Shown: piece after piece, positions 1-12,694 of the stretch
Layout: each line of letters starts with the position of its first letter
Position numbering within the stretch: the first letter of the stretch is position 1
Notes under the pieces: generated by a model
Databases searched by the model: none
Seen by the model: the letters and a program-made list of their open reading frames with translations, nothing else
Told to the model about the DNA's origin: nothing
Made by a program: the position numbers and the translations under genes
Assembly (NCBI RefSeq): GCF_004010195.1
Contig: NC_057720.1
Coordinates: 56,467,165-56,531,164, forward strand
DNA: 64,000 nucleotides
Direction: 5' to 3'
From: Chiloscyllium plagiosum
Taxonomy: Eukaryota

Positions 1-195
1 GTCTGACCTATCACCCTCACCTTGTTCTCTTTCCACCTATCACATTTCCGACGCCCCTCCCCCAAGTCCCTCCTCCCTATCTTTTATCTTAGCCTGCTGG
101 ACCAACTTTCCTCATTCCTGAAGAAGGGCTAATGCCCGAAACATCGATTCTCCTGTTCCCTAGATGCTGCCTGACCTGCTGCGCTTTTCCTTCAC
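1..195 (+). mobile_element. Penelope-like element (PLE) terminal (pseudo-LTR) fragment
   Basis: Contains ttcCTGAAGAagggctaatgcccGAAAcatcgattctcctg...gatgctgcctgacctgctgcgcttttcc. The same module recurs at 9650-9780 and 35220-35327. Family assignment is from recalled PLE terminal structure. Confidence 0.7.
118..145 (+). ncRNA. Minimal type I hammerhead ribozyme motif (PLE-associated, slightly decayed)
   Basis: CTGAAGA (118-124), A, stem II GGGC/taat/GCCC (126-137), GAAA (138-141), then CATC. The copy at 35250-35263 has GAAACGTC, so CATC is probably a CpG-decayed palindromic helix III plus GUC cleavage triplet. Confidence 0.65.
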
Positions 196-253
196 CTTTT
201 AACCTGGTTTTATAGAGGCCAGTTAGAAACTTTTGACTGAAACATGGACTTAC

Positions 254-1393
254 AGAGTCATAGAGTCATAGATATGTACAGCATGGAAACAGGCCCTTCG
301 GTCCAACTCGTCCAGGATGGCTAGTTATCCTAACCTAAGCTAATCTCACTTGCCAGCACTTGACCCATATCCCTCTAAACCCTTTCTATTCATATACCCA
401 TCCAGATGCCTTTTAAATGTTACAGTTGTACCAGCCTCCACCACTTCTTCTAGCAGCTCATTCTATATACGCACCACCCTCTGCGTGAAACAGTTGCCCC
501 TCAGGTCCCTTTTATATCTTTCCCCTCTCACCCTGACCCTATACTCTCTAGTTCTGCACTCCCACACCACATCTGTTTACCCTATCCATGCCCCTCATGA
601 TTTTATAAACCTCCATAAGGTCACCCCTCAGCCATCAATGCTCCAGGGAAAATAGCCCCAGTTTATTCAGCCTCTCCTTATAGCTCAAATCCTCTAACCC
701 TGGCAACATCCTCGTAAATCTTTTCTGAACCCTTTCGAGTTTCACAACAACTTTCCGATAGGAAGGAGACCAGAAGTGCAAGCAATATTCCAAAAGTGGC
801 CTCACCAATGTCCTGTACAGCCACAACATGACCTCCCAACTCCAATACTCAATGTTCTGGTCAATAAAAGAAAGCATACCAAATGCCTTCTTTACTATCC
901 TATTTACCTGCGACTTTATTTTCAAGGAACTGCACTTCAAGGGTCTTTTTGTTTAGCAACACTCCCTCGGACCTTACTATTATGTATATAAGTCCTACTA
1001 AGATTTGCTTTTCCAAAATGCAGCACCTCACATTTATTGGAATTAAACTCCATCTGCCACTTCTCAGCCCATTGGCCCATCTGTTCAAGATCATGTTGTA
1101 CTCTGAGGTAACCTTCTTCACTGCCCATTACACCTCCAATTTTGGTGTCATTTGCAAACTTACTAACTATACCCCCAAGTTCATATTCAAATCATTTACA
1201 TAAATGATGAAAAGTAGTGGACCTGGCATCGATCCTTGTGGCACTCCACTGGTCACAGGCCTCCAGTCTGAAGAGCAACCCTCCATGACCACCCTCTGTC
1301 TTCTACCTTTGAGCCAGTTCTGTATCCAAATGGCTAGTTCTCCCTGTATTGCATGAGATCTAACCTTGCTAACCAGTCTCTCATGAGGAACCT
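254..1393 (-). mobile_element. HER1-like CR1-clade LINE, 5'-truncated (RT C-terminal half and 3' UTR)
   Basis: Minus ORFs 635-940 and 937-1128 (RVQHDLEQMGQWAEKWQMEFN; LYRTLVRPLLEYC...RFTRMLPGLEDLSY). The (ctctatga)n tail appears as tagagtca repeats at about 255-270. Confidence 0.92.
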
Positions 1394-3249
1394 TAATTGA
1401 AGTAAAACATTAGCAGTAAGTAAATACATTCCTGTTATAACTATTCCAAGGTGCCATGTTTTAAGATAGGAATCTTAATCTAATGTGAGAATTGTTCTAA
1501 TTAGGAGACTCCTCCAGGATCAGGCACCATATTTCTTGCAAGAGGGAAAGTAGACAGCCCATTTCCAAGAACAGCCGATGTTAATCTACAGCTGATGGGT
1601 AAAAGGATGTATGAGAAAGTTCCACAGGGCGAAATGTATCCAGCTACAAACAGACAGCCAGCACATGTAAGAGTGAGAATAGGGCTTTTTACAGTCTCAG
1701 AATAGAGGAGGCCTGCTTGTTCCATGTGAGATCTCTGGGAAAGAGCCCTCCTTCTCCAGATTTCAGTGAGGTATATTTTTAACATGCTCTTTCTGGCAGC
1801 TTCAGCTGGAAGGAAGGCATCCACCCAGGAAGGAGCTGAAAGTCTGTGTACCTGCTGCAAGACTGATTTGCATTCGCTGTCTCATCCAATGCTAAAACAT
1901 GAGATTAGTGTAAACTGATCAACAAAGGATCATGAGTATTTTAAAATTCCTGCAGTAAATTTTTAATAAATCTGAAGTTTCAGTTTTCCTTTTGTATTGA
2001 TCAAGGGAGGAGGTGCCAGTCCTGGTTGCTAGAATAATAGTTTCCACATCTAATGCCAATATTAAGCAATTTTAGGTCAAGTACAACACATTATCCTGAA
2101 GCCTTTTGACTACCACTGGCATCTCACATGTCTGAAACACTTCCATATGAAATAAACAAGGCAATGTGAGCTCTTGGAGCAAAAGGAGAAGAAATGTCTT
2201 GAAAAGGGAGAAAGATTTGGATTTCTAAAGCATCCTTCACTATGATATGATATCCCAAAGCATTTTACTGCCGAGGAAATACTTTCACATTCACATTATA
2301 CTCACTGTTATAATGTAAGAAACATGGCAGCCAATTTGTGAGCACCAAGAGTCCACGAACAATAATCTGGTATTGTAATCTCCCTCCCAGGCTATAATTG
2401 TGATTTGGTGTTCTTTCAAGGAATATGTTTGCAAACACACTCATAACAAAATAAATATTGTCGCTACCTATCACCAATATTTGTGAATGTGGATTAGCTT
2501 GATGTTATGAAGCAGATTGAGCATAGTGGGTGGGTGGGTGTGTGGGGGCGGTAAGTGTTGGCAAACACTTAACCCCACCCACAACCATGAAGATCCATAG
2601 TCTGCATCTTTTAAATAGCTGTGAGTACATGCGTAAGAGTTGTGTATCTGATTACTATTAATTGTTAATGAAGTGGATTCCATCCCTGATTTGAAATGAA
2701 TATTGTGGGCTCAATTTTACCACAGATCAGTTAAGTGCCAATTTTGGGGAGTTTCACCAAGGCTTTCGATTGAGCTACCTGACGGTGCTCACCTCATTAC
2801 ATGCACCACAATTCGATTGCTCCACACTCACATTATCTTCCATTCACAAGTGGCAGAAGAACTTGCTGCTGCCGGGACCTACTGGGATTTGTGCTTCTGG
2901 GAACATATTTAAAGTCCAGCTGTGTACTAAGGCAATCACTGCCAGCCAAGAACTTCACAGTTCATGTAGTGGGAGAGGAATGAAAAACAAAAGCTTCTGA
3001 TGGCACCGATGTGCACCTGTGACACTGTGTTACAAACAGATTCGTACTTTAGTATGTTTGGTAAATATATTGCTATCTTATGTCATCATCTATCTGATTG
3101 ACTGCCATTGTAACTGCAGCTACCAGAATACCAACTCCAGGGACTACCCATCCTGGGTACCTTGCCAGTTAAGAGCCCTGTCTAAGGGAATCCCACACTT
3201 TCCTTGCCAGTTCGTGTAGCATGACATCTTGTCATTGTTCAGTGTGGAA

Positions 3250-6043
3250 GCATGATAGAAACAGAGAAGATAGGTGTAGGAGGAGGCCATTCGGCCCTTT
3301 CAACCTGCTCCATCATTCATCACGATCATTGCTGATTGTCCAACTTAATAGCTTAATCCTGCTTTGTCTCTATAAACTTTGGTCCCATTCACTCCAAGTG
3401 CTATATCTAGCTGCCTCTTGAATACATTCAATGTTTTGACATCAACTACTTCCTGTGGTAATGAATTCCACAGGCTGACCACTCTTCGGGTGAAGAAATG
3501 TCTCCTCGTCTCTGTCCTAAATGGTCCACCCTGAATCCTCAGACTGTGCCCCCTGGTTCAGGATGCACCCACCATCAGGAACAAACTCCCTGCATCTAGC
3601 CTGTCTAGTCCTGTTAGAATTTATAAGTTTCTGTGAGATCTCCCCTCACTTCTCTGAACTCCAGTGAAGACAATCCTAACTTAGTCAATCTCTCTTCATA
3701 CATCAGTCCCGTTGTCCTCGGAATTAGCCTAGTAAACCTTCACTGCAGTCCTTCGAGAGCAAGAGCATCCTTCCTCAGAAAAGGAGACAAAAACTGTACA
3801 CAATATTCCAGATGTGGCCTCACCAAGGCCTTGTATAACTACAACAAAACATCCCTGCTCTTATGCTTGAAACCTCTCGCAATGAAAGCCAGCATACCAT
3901 TCGCCTTTTTTACCACCAGCATACATACCTTCAGCGACTGATGCACAAGGACACCCAGTCCCGTTGTACACACCCCTCTCTCAATTTACAACCATTCAGA
4001 TAGTAACCTGCCTTCTTGTTTTTGCTTCCAAAGTGAATAATCTCACACCTATCCAAATTATACTGTATCTGCCATTGACTTGCCCACTCACCCAACCTGT
4101 CCAGCAGAACAGAGCATCTCTGCACCCTCATCACAGTTCACTCTCCCACGCAACTTGGTGTCATCTGCAAACTTTGAGATGTTACATTTTGTTCCCCCAT
4201 CCAAACTATTAATATATATTGTGAATAGCTGGGTGCCTAGCACTAATCCCTGGGGCACTCCACTGGTTACTGCTTGCCAATTTAAAAAGGACCTATTAGT
4301 TTCTGCTCTTTGTTTCCTCTCTTCCAACTAGTTCTCTATCCATCTCAATACATTTCCCCCAATCCCACGTACTTTAATCTTGCACAATAATTTCTGACGT
4401 GGGGTTGTCAAATACTTTCTGAAAATCCAAATATACCACATTGAGTGCTTCCCCCTTGTCAACTCTACCAATTACATCTTCATAGAATTCCAACAGTTTG
4501 TCAAGCATGACTTTCCCTTCATTAATTCATGTTGACTCTGTCTGATCCTGCCACTGCTTTCTAAATGCTCCGCTATAAAGTCCTTGATAATGGATTTGAG
4601 ATTTTTCTCCACTATTGATGTTATGCGTATTGGTCTATAATTCCTTGGTTTCTCTCTACCTCCCTTTTCGAATATCAGAGTAACATTAGCTACTCTCCAA
4701 AATGCAGGGACTGTACCAAAGTCAATAGAATCCTGGAAGATGACCACCAATGCATCCACTACTTCTAGAGCAACTTCCTTAAGTAATCTGGGTTGTAGAT
4801 TATCAGGCCCTGGGGATTTATCCACCTTCAATCCCTTCAATCTTCCCAGCGCCATTTCTCGACTAATATTGATCTCCCTCAGTTCTTCCCTCTCAGTAAA
4901 TTTTGTATTCTCCAACATTTCTGGGATCTGATTTGTGTCCTGTTTTGTGAAGACTGAACCAAAGTATGTATTTAGTTGCTCAGCCATTTCTATATCCCCT
5001 ATTATACATTCTCCCATTTCTGTATGTAGGGGACATACATTTGTCTTCATTAACCTTTTTCTCTTCATGTACCAATAGAAATTCTTACAGTCAGCTTTTA
5101 TGTCCCCTGAAAGCTTACTTTCATACTGTATTTTCCCTTCTTAATCAATCCCTTGGTCCTTTTTGCTGAATTTTAAACTGCTTCCAATTCTCAGACCTAT
5201 TGTTTTTCTTGGCCAATCTCTATACTTCTTCCTTGGATCAGATGCTATCTCTAATTTCCTTTGTAATCCATGAATTGGTCCTCTTACCCATTTTGCTTTT
5301 GTACCAGATAGGTATAAACAGATGCTGCAGTTCCTCCATGCATTCCATGAATGTTTGCCATTGTCTATCCACTTTCATCCCTTTCAGTAACTTTCCCCAA
5401 TCTAGTAAGGCCAACTCACACCTCAAATCTTAATAGTTTCCTTTATTAAGAATCAGCATCCTAGTCTCCGCATCAACCATCTCACTCTTCACCTTGATAA
5501 AAAATTCTATCATGTAATGGTCGCTCATCCACAAGGCTTATCACACAGCTAGATTGACAATGATTCCCTTCTCATTACACAGTACCCAATCTACGACGAA
5601 CTGCTCTCAAGTTGATTTCTCAATAAATTGGTCAAGAAAACCATACCGCACACACTCCAGGAATTCTTTCTCTGTAGCATTGTGGCGAATGTGATTTGCC
5701 CAATCTGTGTGCAGATTAAAATCACCCATGATCACCGATATTCCCTTATCAAATGCATCTCTAAATTCGTGTTCAATGACATTCCCAACATTACCACTGC
5801 AGTTGGGGGTCTATATATGACAACCACTAATGTTCTTTGCCCCTTGGTATTTCTCAACTCAACCCATATAGTCCCCACATTGTCAGAGCTAATATCCTTT
5901 CTCAGTATTGTGTTAATTTACCCTTTAACCAGCAATGCCATTTCCCCACCTTTTCCATTTTGCCTGTCCTTCCTAAATACTGAATACCCTGGGACATTCA
6001 GTTCCCATTCCTGGTTAGCCATGTCTCCGTAATCCCAATTATG
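3250..6043 (-). mobile_element. CR1-clade LINE ORF2 fragment (endonuclease end, linker, RT) with 3' UTR
   Basis: ORFs 4472-5068 (KSPGPD...WRVANVT...NYRPI), 4088-4327 (SGVPQGLVLG...SKFADDTKL) and 5238-5426, with frameshifts between them. Confidence 0.9.
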
Positions 6044-6044
6044 C

Positions 6045-6926
6045 AAGAATATAAGAACTAGGAGCAAGAGTAGGCCATCTGGCCCTTTCTGCCCGTTCCG
6101 CCATTCAGAAGATCATGGCTAATCTTTCTGTGGCCTCGCTCCATTTACCGACCCTCTCACCATAACCCTTAATTCCTTTACTGTTCAAAACATTATCCAT
6201 CTTAGCTTTAAAAACATTTACTGAGGAGGCCTCAACCACTTCACGGGGCAGGGAATTTCATAGATTCGCAACCCTCTGGGTGAAGAAGTTCCTTCTCAAT
6301 TCAGTCTTAAATGTGCTTTCCCTATTTTGGAGGCTATGCCTTTGTGTCCTAATTTTCCTTGCCAGTGGAAACATCCTCTCTACTTCTATCATATCTATTC
6401 TCTTCATAATTTTATATGTTTCTACAAGACACCCCTCATTCTTCTAAATTCCAATGAATATACTCCCAGTCTACTCAGTCTTTCCTCAAAAGCCAACCCC
6501 CCTCAACTCCAGAATCAACCTAGTGAACCTCCTCTACACTCACTCTGGTGCCAGTACATCCTTTCTCAAGTTAGGAGACCAAAACTGTATGCAGTACTCC
6601 AGGTGAGGCCTCACCAACACCCTATGTAGCTGCAGCATAATCTCTGTGCTTTTAAACTCAACCCCCTTAGCAATGAAGGGCAAAATTCCATTTGCCTTCC
6701 TAATTATCTGTTGCACCTGCAGACCAACCTTCTGTGATTCATGCAGGAGAACATCCAGGTCCCTCTGCATAGCAGCATGCTGCTATTTTTTTACCATTCA
6801 AGTAATAGTCCTTCTTACTGTTATTCCTAACAAAACAGATGACTTCACATTTATTAACATTGTATTCCATCTGCCAGACCTTTGCCCACTCACTTAAATT
6901 TTCTATGTCCATTTGCAAAGTTTCAC
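6045..6926 (-). mobile_element. Second CR1-clade LINE, 3' fragment
   Basis: ORF 6540-6770 (QRDLDVLLHESQKVG...[15 protein letters not shown]). Its own 3' tail abuts the previous element at about 6045. Confidence 0.88.
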
Positions 6927-7799
6927 AAAGGTTATCTCAGACTACAGCAGGATCTTGACCAGATGGGCCAATGGGCCAAAGGGCTGAGAAGTGGCAGATG
7001 GAGTTTAATTCAGATAAATGCAAGGTGCAGGACTTATACACTTAATGGTAAGGTCCCAGGGAGTATTGCTGAACAAAGAGACCTCGGAGTGCAGGTTTAT
7101 AGCTCCTTGAAAGTGGAGTCGCAGGTAGATAAGATACTGAAAAAGGCATTTGGTATGCTCTCTTTTATAGGTCAGAGTATTGAGTACAGGAGTTGGGAGA
7201 TCATGTTGTGGCTGTACAGAACATTGGTTAGGCCACTGTTGGAATATTGTGTGCAATTCTGGTCTCCCTCCTATTGGAAAGATCTTGTGAAACCTGAAAG
7301 GGTTCAGAAAAGATTTACAAGGATGTTGCCAGGGTTGGAGGATTTGAGCTATAGGGGGAGGCTGAACAGGCTGGGGCTGTTTTCCCTGGAGCGTTGGAGG
7401 TTGAGGGGGTGACCTTGAGGGGGTGAGGAGGTTTACAAAATCATGAGGGGCATGGATAGGATAAATAGACAAAGTCTTTTCCCTGAGATCAGGGAGTCCA
7501 GAACTAGAGGGCATAGGTTTAGGGTGAGAGGGGAAAGATATAAAAGAGACCTAAGGACAACCTTTTCACACAGAGGGTGGTACGTATATGGAATGAGCTG
7601 CCAGAGGAAGTGGTGGAGGCTGGTACAATTGCAACATTTAAGAGGCATTTGGATGGGTATATGAATAGGAAGGGTTTGGAGGGATATGGGCCAGGTGCTG
7701 GCAGGTGGGACTAGATTAGGTTGGGATAACTGATCGGCATGGACAGGTTGGACCGAATGATCTACTTCCATGCTGTTCATGTCTATGACTCTATAACTC
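6927..7799 (+). mobile_element. HER1-like CR1 LINE, 5'-truncated
   Basis: RT C-terminus in ORF 6882-7412 (QRDLGVQVYSSLKVESQV...RFTRMLPGLEDLSY); ends in the ctatgactctataactct tail. Confidence 0.92.
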
Positions 7800-7964
7800 T
7801 GTCTTAAATGCCTGAAACCTTGTTTATAACCCTCTGACCCTGAACATCCCAACCAGCCAATTGACACTTCAAATTCCCTGGTTTGAGATCTGACACTGCC
7901 CTTGAGTGTCTATAATGACACCTCCTGATTGATGACGGTTCTCCTTGACTTGACCAAGACTATG

Positions 7965-8063
7965 AGGAGAAAGTGAGGTCTGCAGATGCTGGAGATCAGA
8001 GTTGAAACTTTATTGCTGGAACAGCAATACCTGCTGTGCTGTTCCAGCAATAAAGTTTCAACT
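7965..8063. mobile_element. PLE-derived fold-back mini-insertion
   Basis: Perfect 27-bp inverted arms (8000-8026 and 8037-8063), flanked by the 15-bp direct repeat ttgaccaagactatg (7950-7964 and 8064-8078). Starts with the ggagaaagtgagg.ctgcagatgctggagatcag terminus seen in other copies. Confidence 0.75.
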
Positions 8064-9623
8064 TTGACCAAGACTATGCCTTATTCGTTGGTTCAAGACA
8101 TGTCCACTTGGTTGAAGCAGATGCAGTATGTTGCTGTGTAAGTGTTTGGCACATACTGTATGTGTGACATTGAAGTAGCATGATACTCAACCCTTGACTG
8201 ATCTCCACTGACAACCATGATTAGCTGCCTGACTTTGTGTCTGCATTAAAAGATAAGGCAAGACTGACATACTGTTGGCATTTAAGTTCTAAAGAGGCGG
8301 CTAAGTTCAAAAAGACAGGGCAAGACAAAGCAAGGCAGAAATGCTGAGAACATCCAATTAGTCACAAAGTGAGTGAGTGCTAAGAGTCAGCGAGAAACCC
8401 TGACAAGTACCCTGCTCTGATGCATCAGAAGACTGCCTGTGTCTTCACTTAAAGCAGCTGGCAGCAGCATTACAGTGAAAGGTGTCAGTGCATTCCAAAG
8501 TTCAGCACTGAAATGAGTGAGTTCAAGATGTGCCAAGATGATGCTAGAGTGTGTCCCATGCCAAACTGTCATGGAGGCTGTCGTTGCCCATGGAATGTCC
8601 CCTGAGAGATTGATGACTACTGACCTGGAGAAGTTCAGAGGAACCAGATACCTACTCTGATTTCCACGTCAGGAATTGTCACCATCTAGTTACTCCCCAC
8701 CATATGGGAGAATAGCAAAGTGCATCTACACGAGGCAAGAATAGATAATAATGAGATGTTAATACATACAAACCAGTTTCTTTCTAATGATTCTGCCCTA
8801 AGTTGTGTGTGCTTTCTCCATTCTCACCTAGTGTGACCATCTTTGTATCAGTGATTTTCTAATGCCTGAGTATGACAATGGTGCATTAGGTGGACCAAGA
8901 AGTGGAAATTTATGAACCATTTACTCCTCATTAAAACATAAAAGGTTCTTGACCCATCTGTGTCGTCTAAGTAAGATTTAGTGACTTTGCAACAATATAG
9001 TGTACCATTGTGTGACATGGACCCATGCCTATTGAAAATGAACTGAGATTGCTCAAAAAAATAATTACAGGCCCTGTGAGGAATCTGCACTGGATTTGGA
9101 CTACATGCTTCAGGGAAAAGGACAACAATTTACTTTGTTGTAAATGTGTTCATGTGTTCAATTGTAAAATTGCAGTTCACATTCAGGGCTCACTGGGAAG
9201 TACAAAAATGTATCGTGATATTCAATAATACATAGTTCCAAAATCTAAACTCAGCTCTGTATCAGATGGCAATCCAATACTGGGTGTTACAGTTGGCTTG
9301 AATGAGAAAAAAAAGGGAATGAAACATTTTGCCTGGAAATATTCTGCTCAGTATTAATATCTAGTGACCTCTGCTGGAAAACTGGGAAAATAGGATCAGG
9401 TTCAGCTGTGAAGATTCACACATTTGGTGAATAACAAAACTAGAGCTCCAGTGAGTGAAATTGGCTTCTAAAATATTAACAAAACAGGCTTGATATGAGC
9501 AAAATATAATTCAGCTTTTGTTTTCAATCGGTGGTTATCTCAGATAGCTCAAGTGAGCACCACACATAACTGTCCCAATCTACCTCCAACCACTTGACTA
9601 CAACCTTGACCATGTGACCACTT

Positions 9624-9777
9624 GTCGAGGGCGTGGTGCTGTAAAAGGATTCCTGATGAAGGGCTTTTGCCCAAAACATTGATTCTCCTGCTTCTCGGAT
9701 GCTGGCCGATCTGCTGTGCTTTTACAGCACCACACTCTCGATTCTGATCTCTAACATCTGCAGTCCTCACTTTGTCC
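9624..9777 (+). mobile_element. PLE terminal fragment with inverted 5' piece and decayed hammerhead
   Basis: CTGATGA-a-GGGC-tttt-GCCC-aAAAC at 9653-9677. The 5' piece tcgagggcgtggtgctgtaaaag is the near reverse complement of cttttacagcaccacactctcga. Flanked by ca(t/c)gtgaccact repeats. Confidence 0.72.
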
Positions 9778-10886
9778 ACGTGACCACTACCCTAACTTTC
9801 TGACTATCTCCCTGACTACCAGATTACCCACCTACTCATTCACTGATGAGAAGATTTGGACCTTCAAAAACGTACCTGAATACAGTAGCTACTTCCTGGA
9901 AAGGAGCTGGCTCTCCTCTTTTTCAATCTCTTCTTTTAGCTGATGACCTTTCTCTTGGGAGGCTGTGCTAACCCTTTGCTGCTTCAGCTGAGACTGGAAT
10001 ATCCAGTTGAAAGTTGCAAAAGATTACCTGGCAGAAATCTCCACAGCAGCATCAATGTTGATCCCAAACAGAAGCCCTTCTGAGCTTTGACCTCAAGTGT
10101 CATTATAATACATTGATTGGAAAGATGTGAAAAAAATACATTCATCAAACAGAGCTGTTCTTTTAAACTTCCTTTATACAAAGTCGCTCAATTCAGCCTC
10201 AGGATACAACTTTGTTCAATTGGTATTTCAAAGGTCCTTTCTCCCTTTCTCTCGCTTTCAGCTGGGTGAGGAAGCCAGCTACTGTTAGCTCACTGATATC
10301 CCCTTCCAAGCAACCACACTTTGAGCTATGGTATTAAGTAATATCATGCTGTTTTAATATGAGGCACCACTGTGATCATTTCTTACTCCTTAAATCAATG
10401 TCCATCTGTGGACATTTTGCAATTCATTACTGAACAGTGAACAGGAGTAGAATGCCCCACCATTTCTCCCCTACTGTGTTTCCTCTTATTTTACAAGTTC
10501 AAAGTACTGAGCAGTTGCTGTTAATGTGATTAATCAGGCTCGCATAAATGCTGGGACCTCTCTAGCCTTCATGGTTCATTTATACAGGTTGTATAGTTAC
10601 CTGCTTTTTAAAGGAAGCATAGTTTGATTATTGGAGATATAGAGAGAAAAGTATTGAGTACATATATAAAATCAATCTTGTTGAAGGAAAGCAGGTAAAG
10701 TTACAACATGCTTTCAGAGGATCACGACATTAGATGACAAATACTGGACATAGTCTATTTAAGGCTCTGCTCTATACACATTGGAGTATGGTGTCCATTC
10801 AGGTTCGTGTATGTCTTAGGATCCTGAAATTCTTCATGGCTTGTTGAAAACAAAATTACTAGATGAGATCTAGCCTTGGCTTTTTC

Positions 10887-11163
10887 ATGGTGGCTCAGTG
10901 GTTAGCACTGCTACCTCATAGTGCCAGGGACCCAGGTTCGATTCCAGCCTCAGGTAACTGTCTATGTGGAGTTTGCACATCTCAGTGGGTTTCCTCCCAT
11001 AATCCAAAGATGTGCAGGTTAAGTGAATTGGTCATACTAAATTGTCCATAGTGTTAGGTGCGTTAATCAAAGGGTAAAGGGTCTGGGTGGGTTACTGTTC
11101 AGACGATCGGTGTGGACTTGTTAGGCTGAAGGGCCTGCTTCCACACTGAAGGGGAATCTAATC
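10887..11163 (+). mobile_element. HE1-like tRNA-derived V-SINE (internally deleted)
   Basis: A box tggctcagtgg, B box ggttcgattcc, central gtttcctccca..tccaaagatgtgcagg, HER1-like tail ending aatctaatct. Confidence 0.88.
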
Positions 11164-11211
11164 TGTGGAGAAGGCAAAAGCTTTTCTGGGTTAACAGAAT
11201 GTTATATTCCA

Positions 11212-11531
11212 ATTAGATTAGATTAGATTAGATTACAGTGTGGAAACAGGCCCTTCGGCCCAACAAGTCCACACCGACCCGCCGAAGCGAAACCCACCCA
11301 TACCCCTACATTTACCCCTTACCTAGCACTACGGGCAATTTAGTGTGGCCAATTCACCTGACCCTGCACATCTTTGTGATGTGGGAGGAAACCGGAGCAC
11401 CCGGAGGAAACCCACGCAGACACGGGGAGAACGTGCAAACTCCACACAGTCAGTCGCCTGAGGCGGGAATTGAACCCGGGTCTCTGGCGCTGTGAGGCAG
11501 CAGTGCTAACCACTGTGCCACCGTGCCGCCC
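11212..11531 (-). mobile_element. HE1-like V-SINE, young full-length copy
   Basis: CpG-rich. Minus strand reads ggcggcacggtggcacagtggttagcactgctgcctcacagcgccagagacccgggttcaattccc; (attag)n tail; tccaat on both flanks. Confidence 0.93.
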
Positions 11532-12694
11532 TCCAATGAGTCTCCATCGTCTGGAACAGAAGACTGAAATAGAAAATTGATGCAGGCATTTAAAATTGAA
11601 GTTAGTATATTCTTGACGGTGAGACAAGGAAGATAATGTGTGAGAGAGAGACTTGTGCACAAGAAGTATTAGTTTTCTATACGCACCTTTTCGGTGCCAC
11701 TGTCATATGTCATAAATCAACAGGTGTTTAGGCTGTTGATTGCTAATGTGTGGGTTCTTAGCTCTGATTCCTGTACATCCTGATATCTAACTATATTGTT
11801 AACAAATCAAAAAGCACAAGGCCTCACCTATTTTATAAAGAAATATCAACATTCAATACATGGTGTTAGCAGTGGTAGAGGTTGTTGAAAACAACTTCTG
11901 CTTTTGGTGAACACATCCATAGTCTGTAAAACTCAAAAAACAGTTACTCAATAACTAAACAATGTTAAAAATGTTGTCAGACAAGCCTGGAGACAACTAA
12001 AACTTTGTGATGGAGTTCAACAATATGACAGAGCTATAGCATATGGTGACACTTAGCGATTGGTGAAGAAATGTAGACAGAAACAAGATGACATCATGCT
12101 AATGAAGTTCCCTCAGTGCCATCAATTCCACAAGAATGTTCCCTTTGAGTAAAACAAGAAGCTGAAAAAACACACAACCAGTACTATACAATCCTGCAAA
12201 GCTGAAAGCTGCAATTCCCATTCTAATGCCAAGAGAGATGCTCAGACTGTAATACTATTCCTAGGCTATCTAAATGTAACATAAATGATGGATGTGCATT
12301 ATGTTTACTTGAATCTCTGGTGCGTTTATTCTTAGCTAAACCAGTACAAATAGAACACAGTAATCCTCAGAGACAGCCTGTGCCCCGAGTGTACTGGGCA
12401 GAGTGCCTCTGGGCCTATGGTTGTGTAATGATATCCAGCTACTTGGGTTTATTTGCATGTTGAGCTCATAGAGGCAGCTGTAATGACAGCCCTTTTTTGG
12501 TCATGAAAAATCACATATACATAGGGTAATAGAAAAATTAGTTATACAGAGCTAGGGATTAAAAATTTACAATTATGCAAGTCTAGGAACGCCTGTGCAC
12601 CATTCATTATTGTACCTCCACTCCATATTTATACACCTGCCAAATTAGTTTAACCCACCACCAAAAACAATAGCAAACCCTTCCAACAATTATC

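Noticed and set aside
1501-1860. 119-aa minus ORF and an overlapping 66-codon plus frame after an AG
   Set aside because: No recognisable domain, no convincing donor/acceptor pair and no neighbouring exons; consistent with chance.
2190-3040. Possible very old Deu-type SINE and DNA-transposon fragments (similar traces at about 14900-15160, 24130-24460 and 50990-51170)
   Set aside because: Too decayed to assign or bound by eye.
9885-10000. Minus-strand frame FQSQLKQQRVSTASQEKGHQLKEEIEKEESQLLSRK, coiled-coil-like
   Set aside because: Short, bounded by stops, and explained by purine-rich composition.
11440-11531. tRNA gene
   Set aside because: The A and B boxes belong to SINE heads that continue into V-domain and LINE-derived tails; the same applies at 16583 and 61680.
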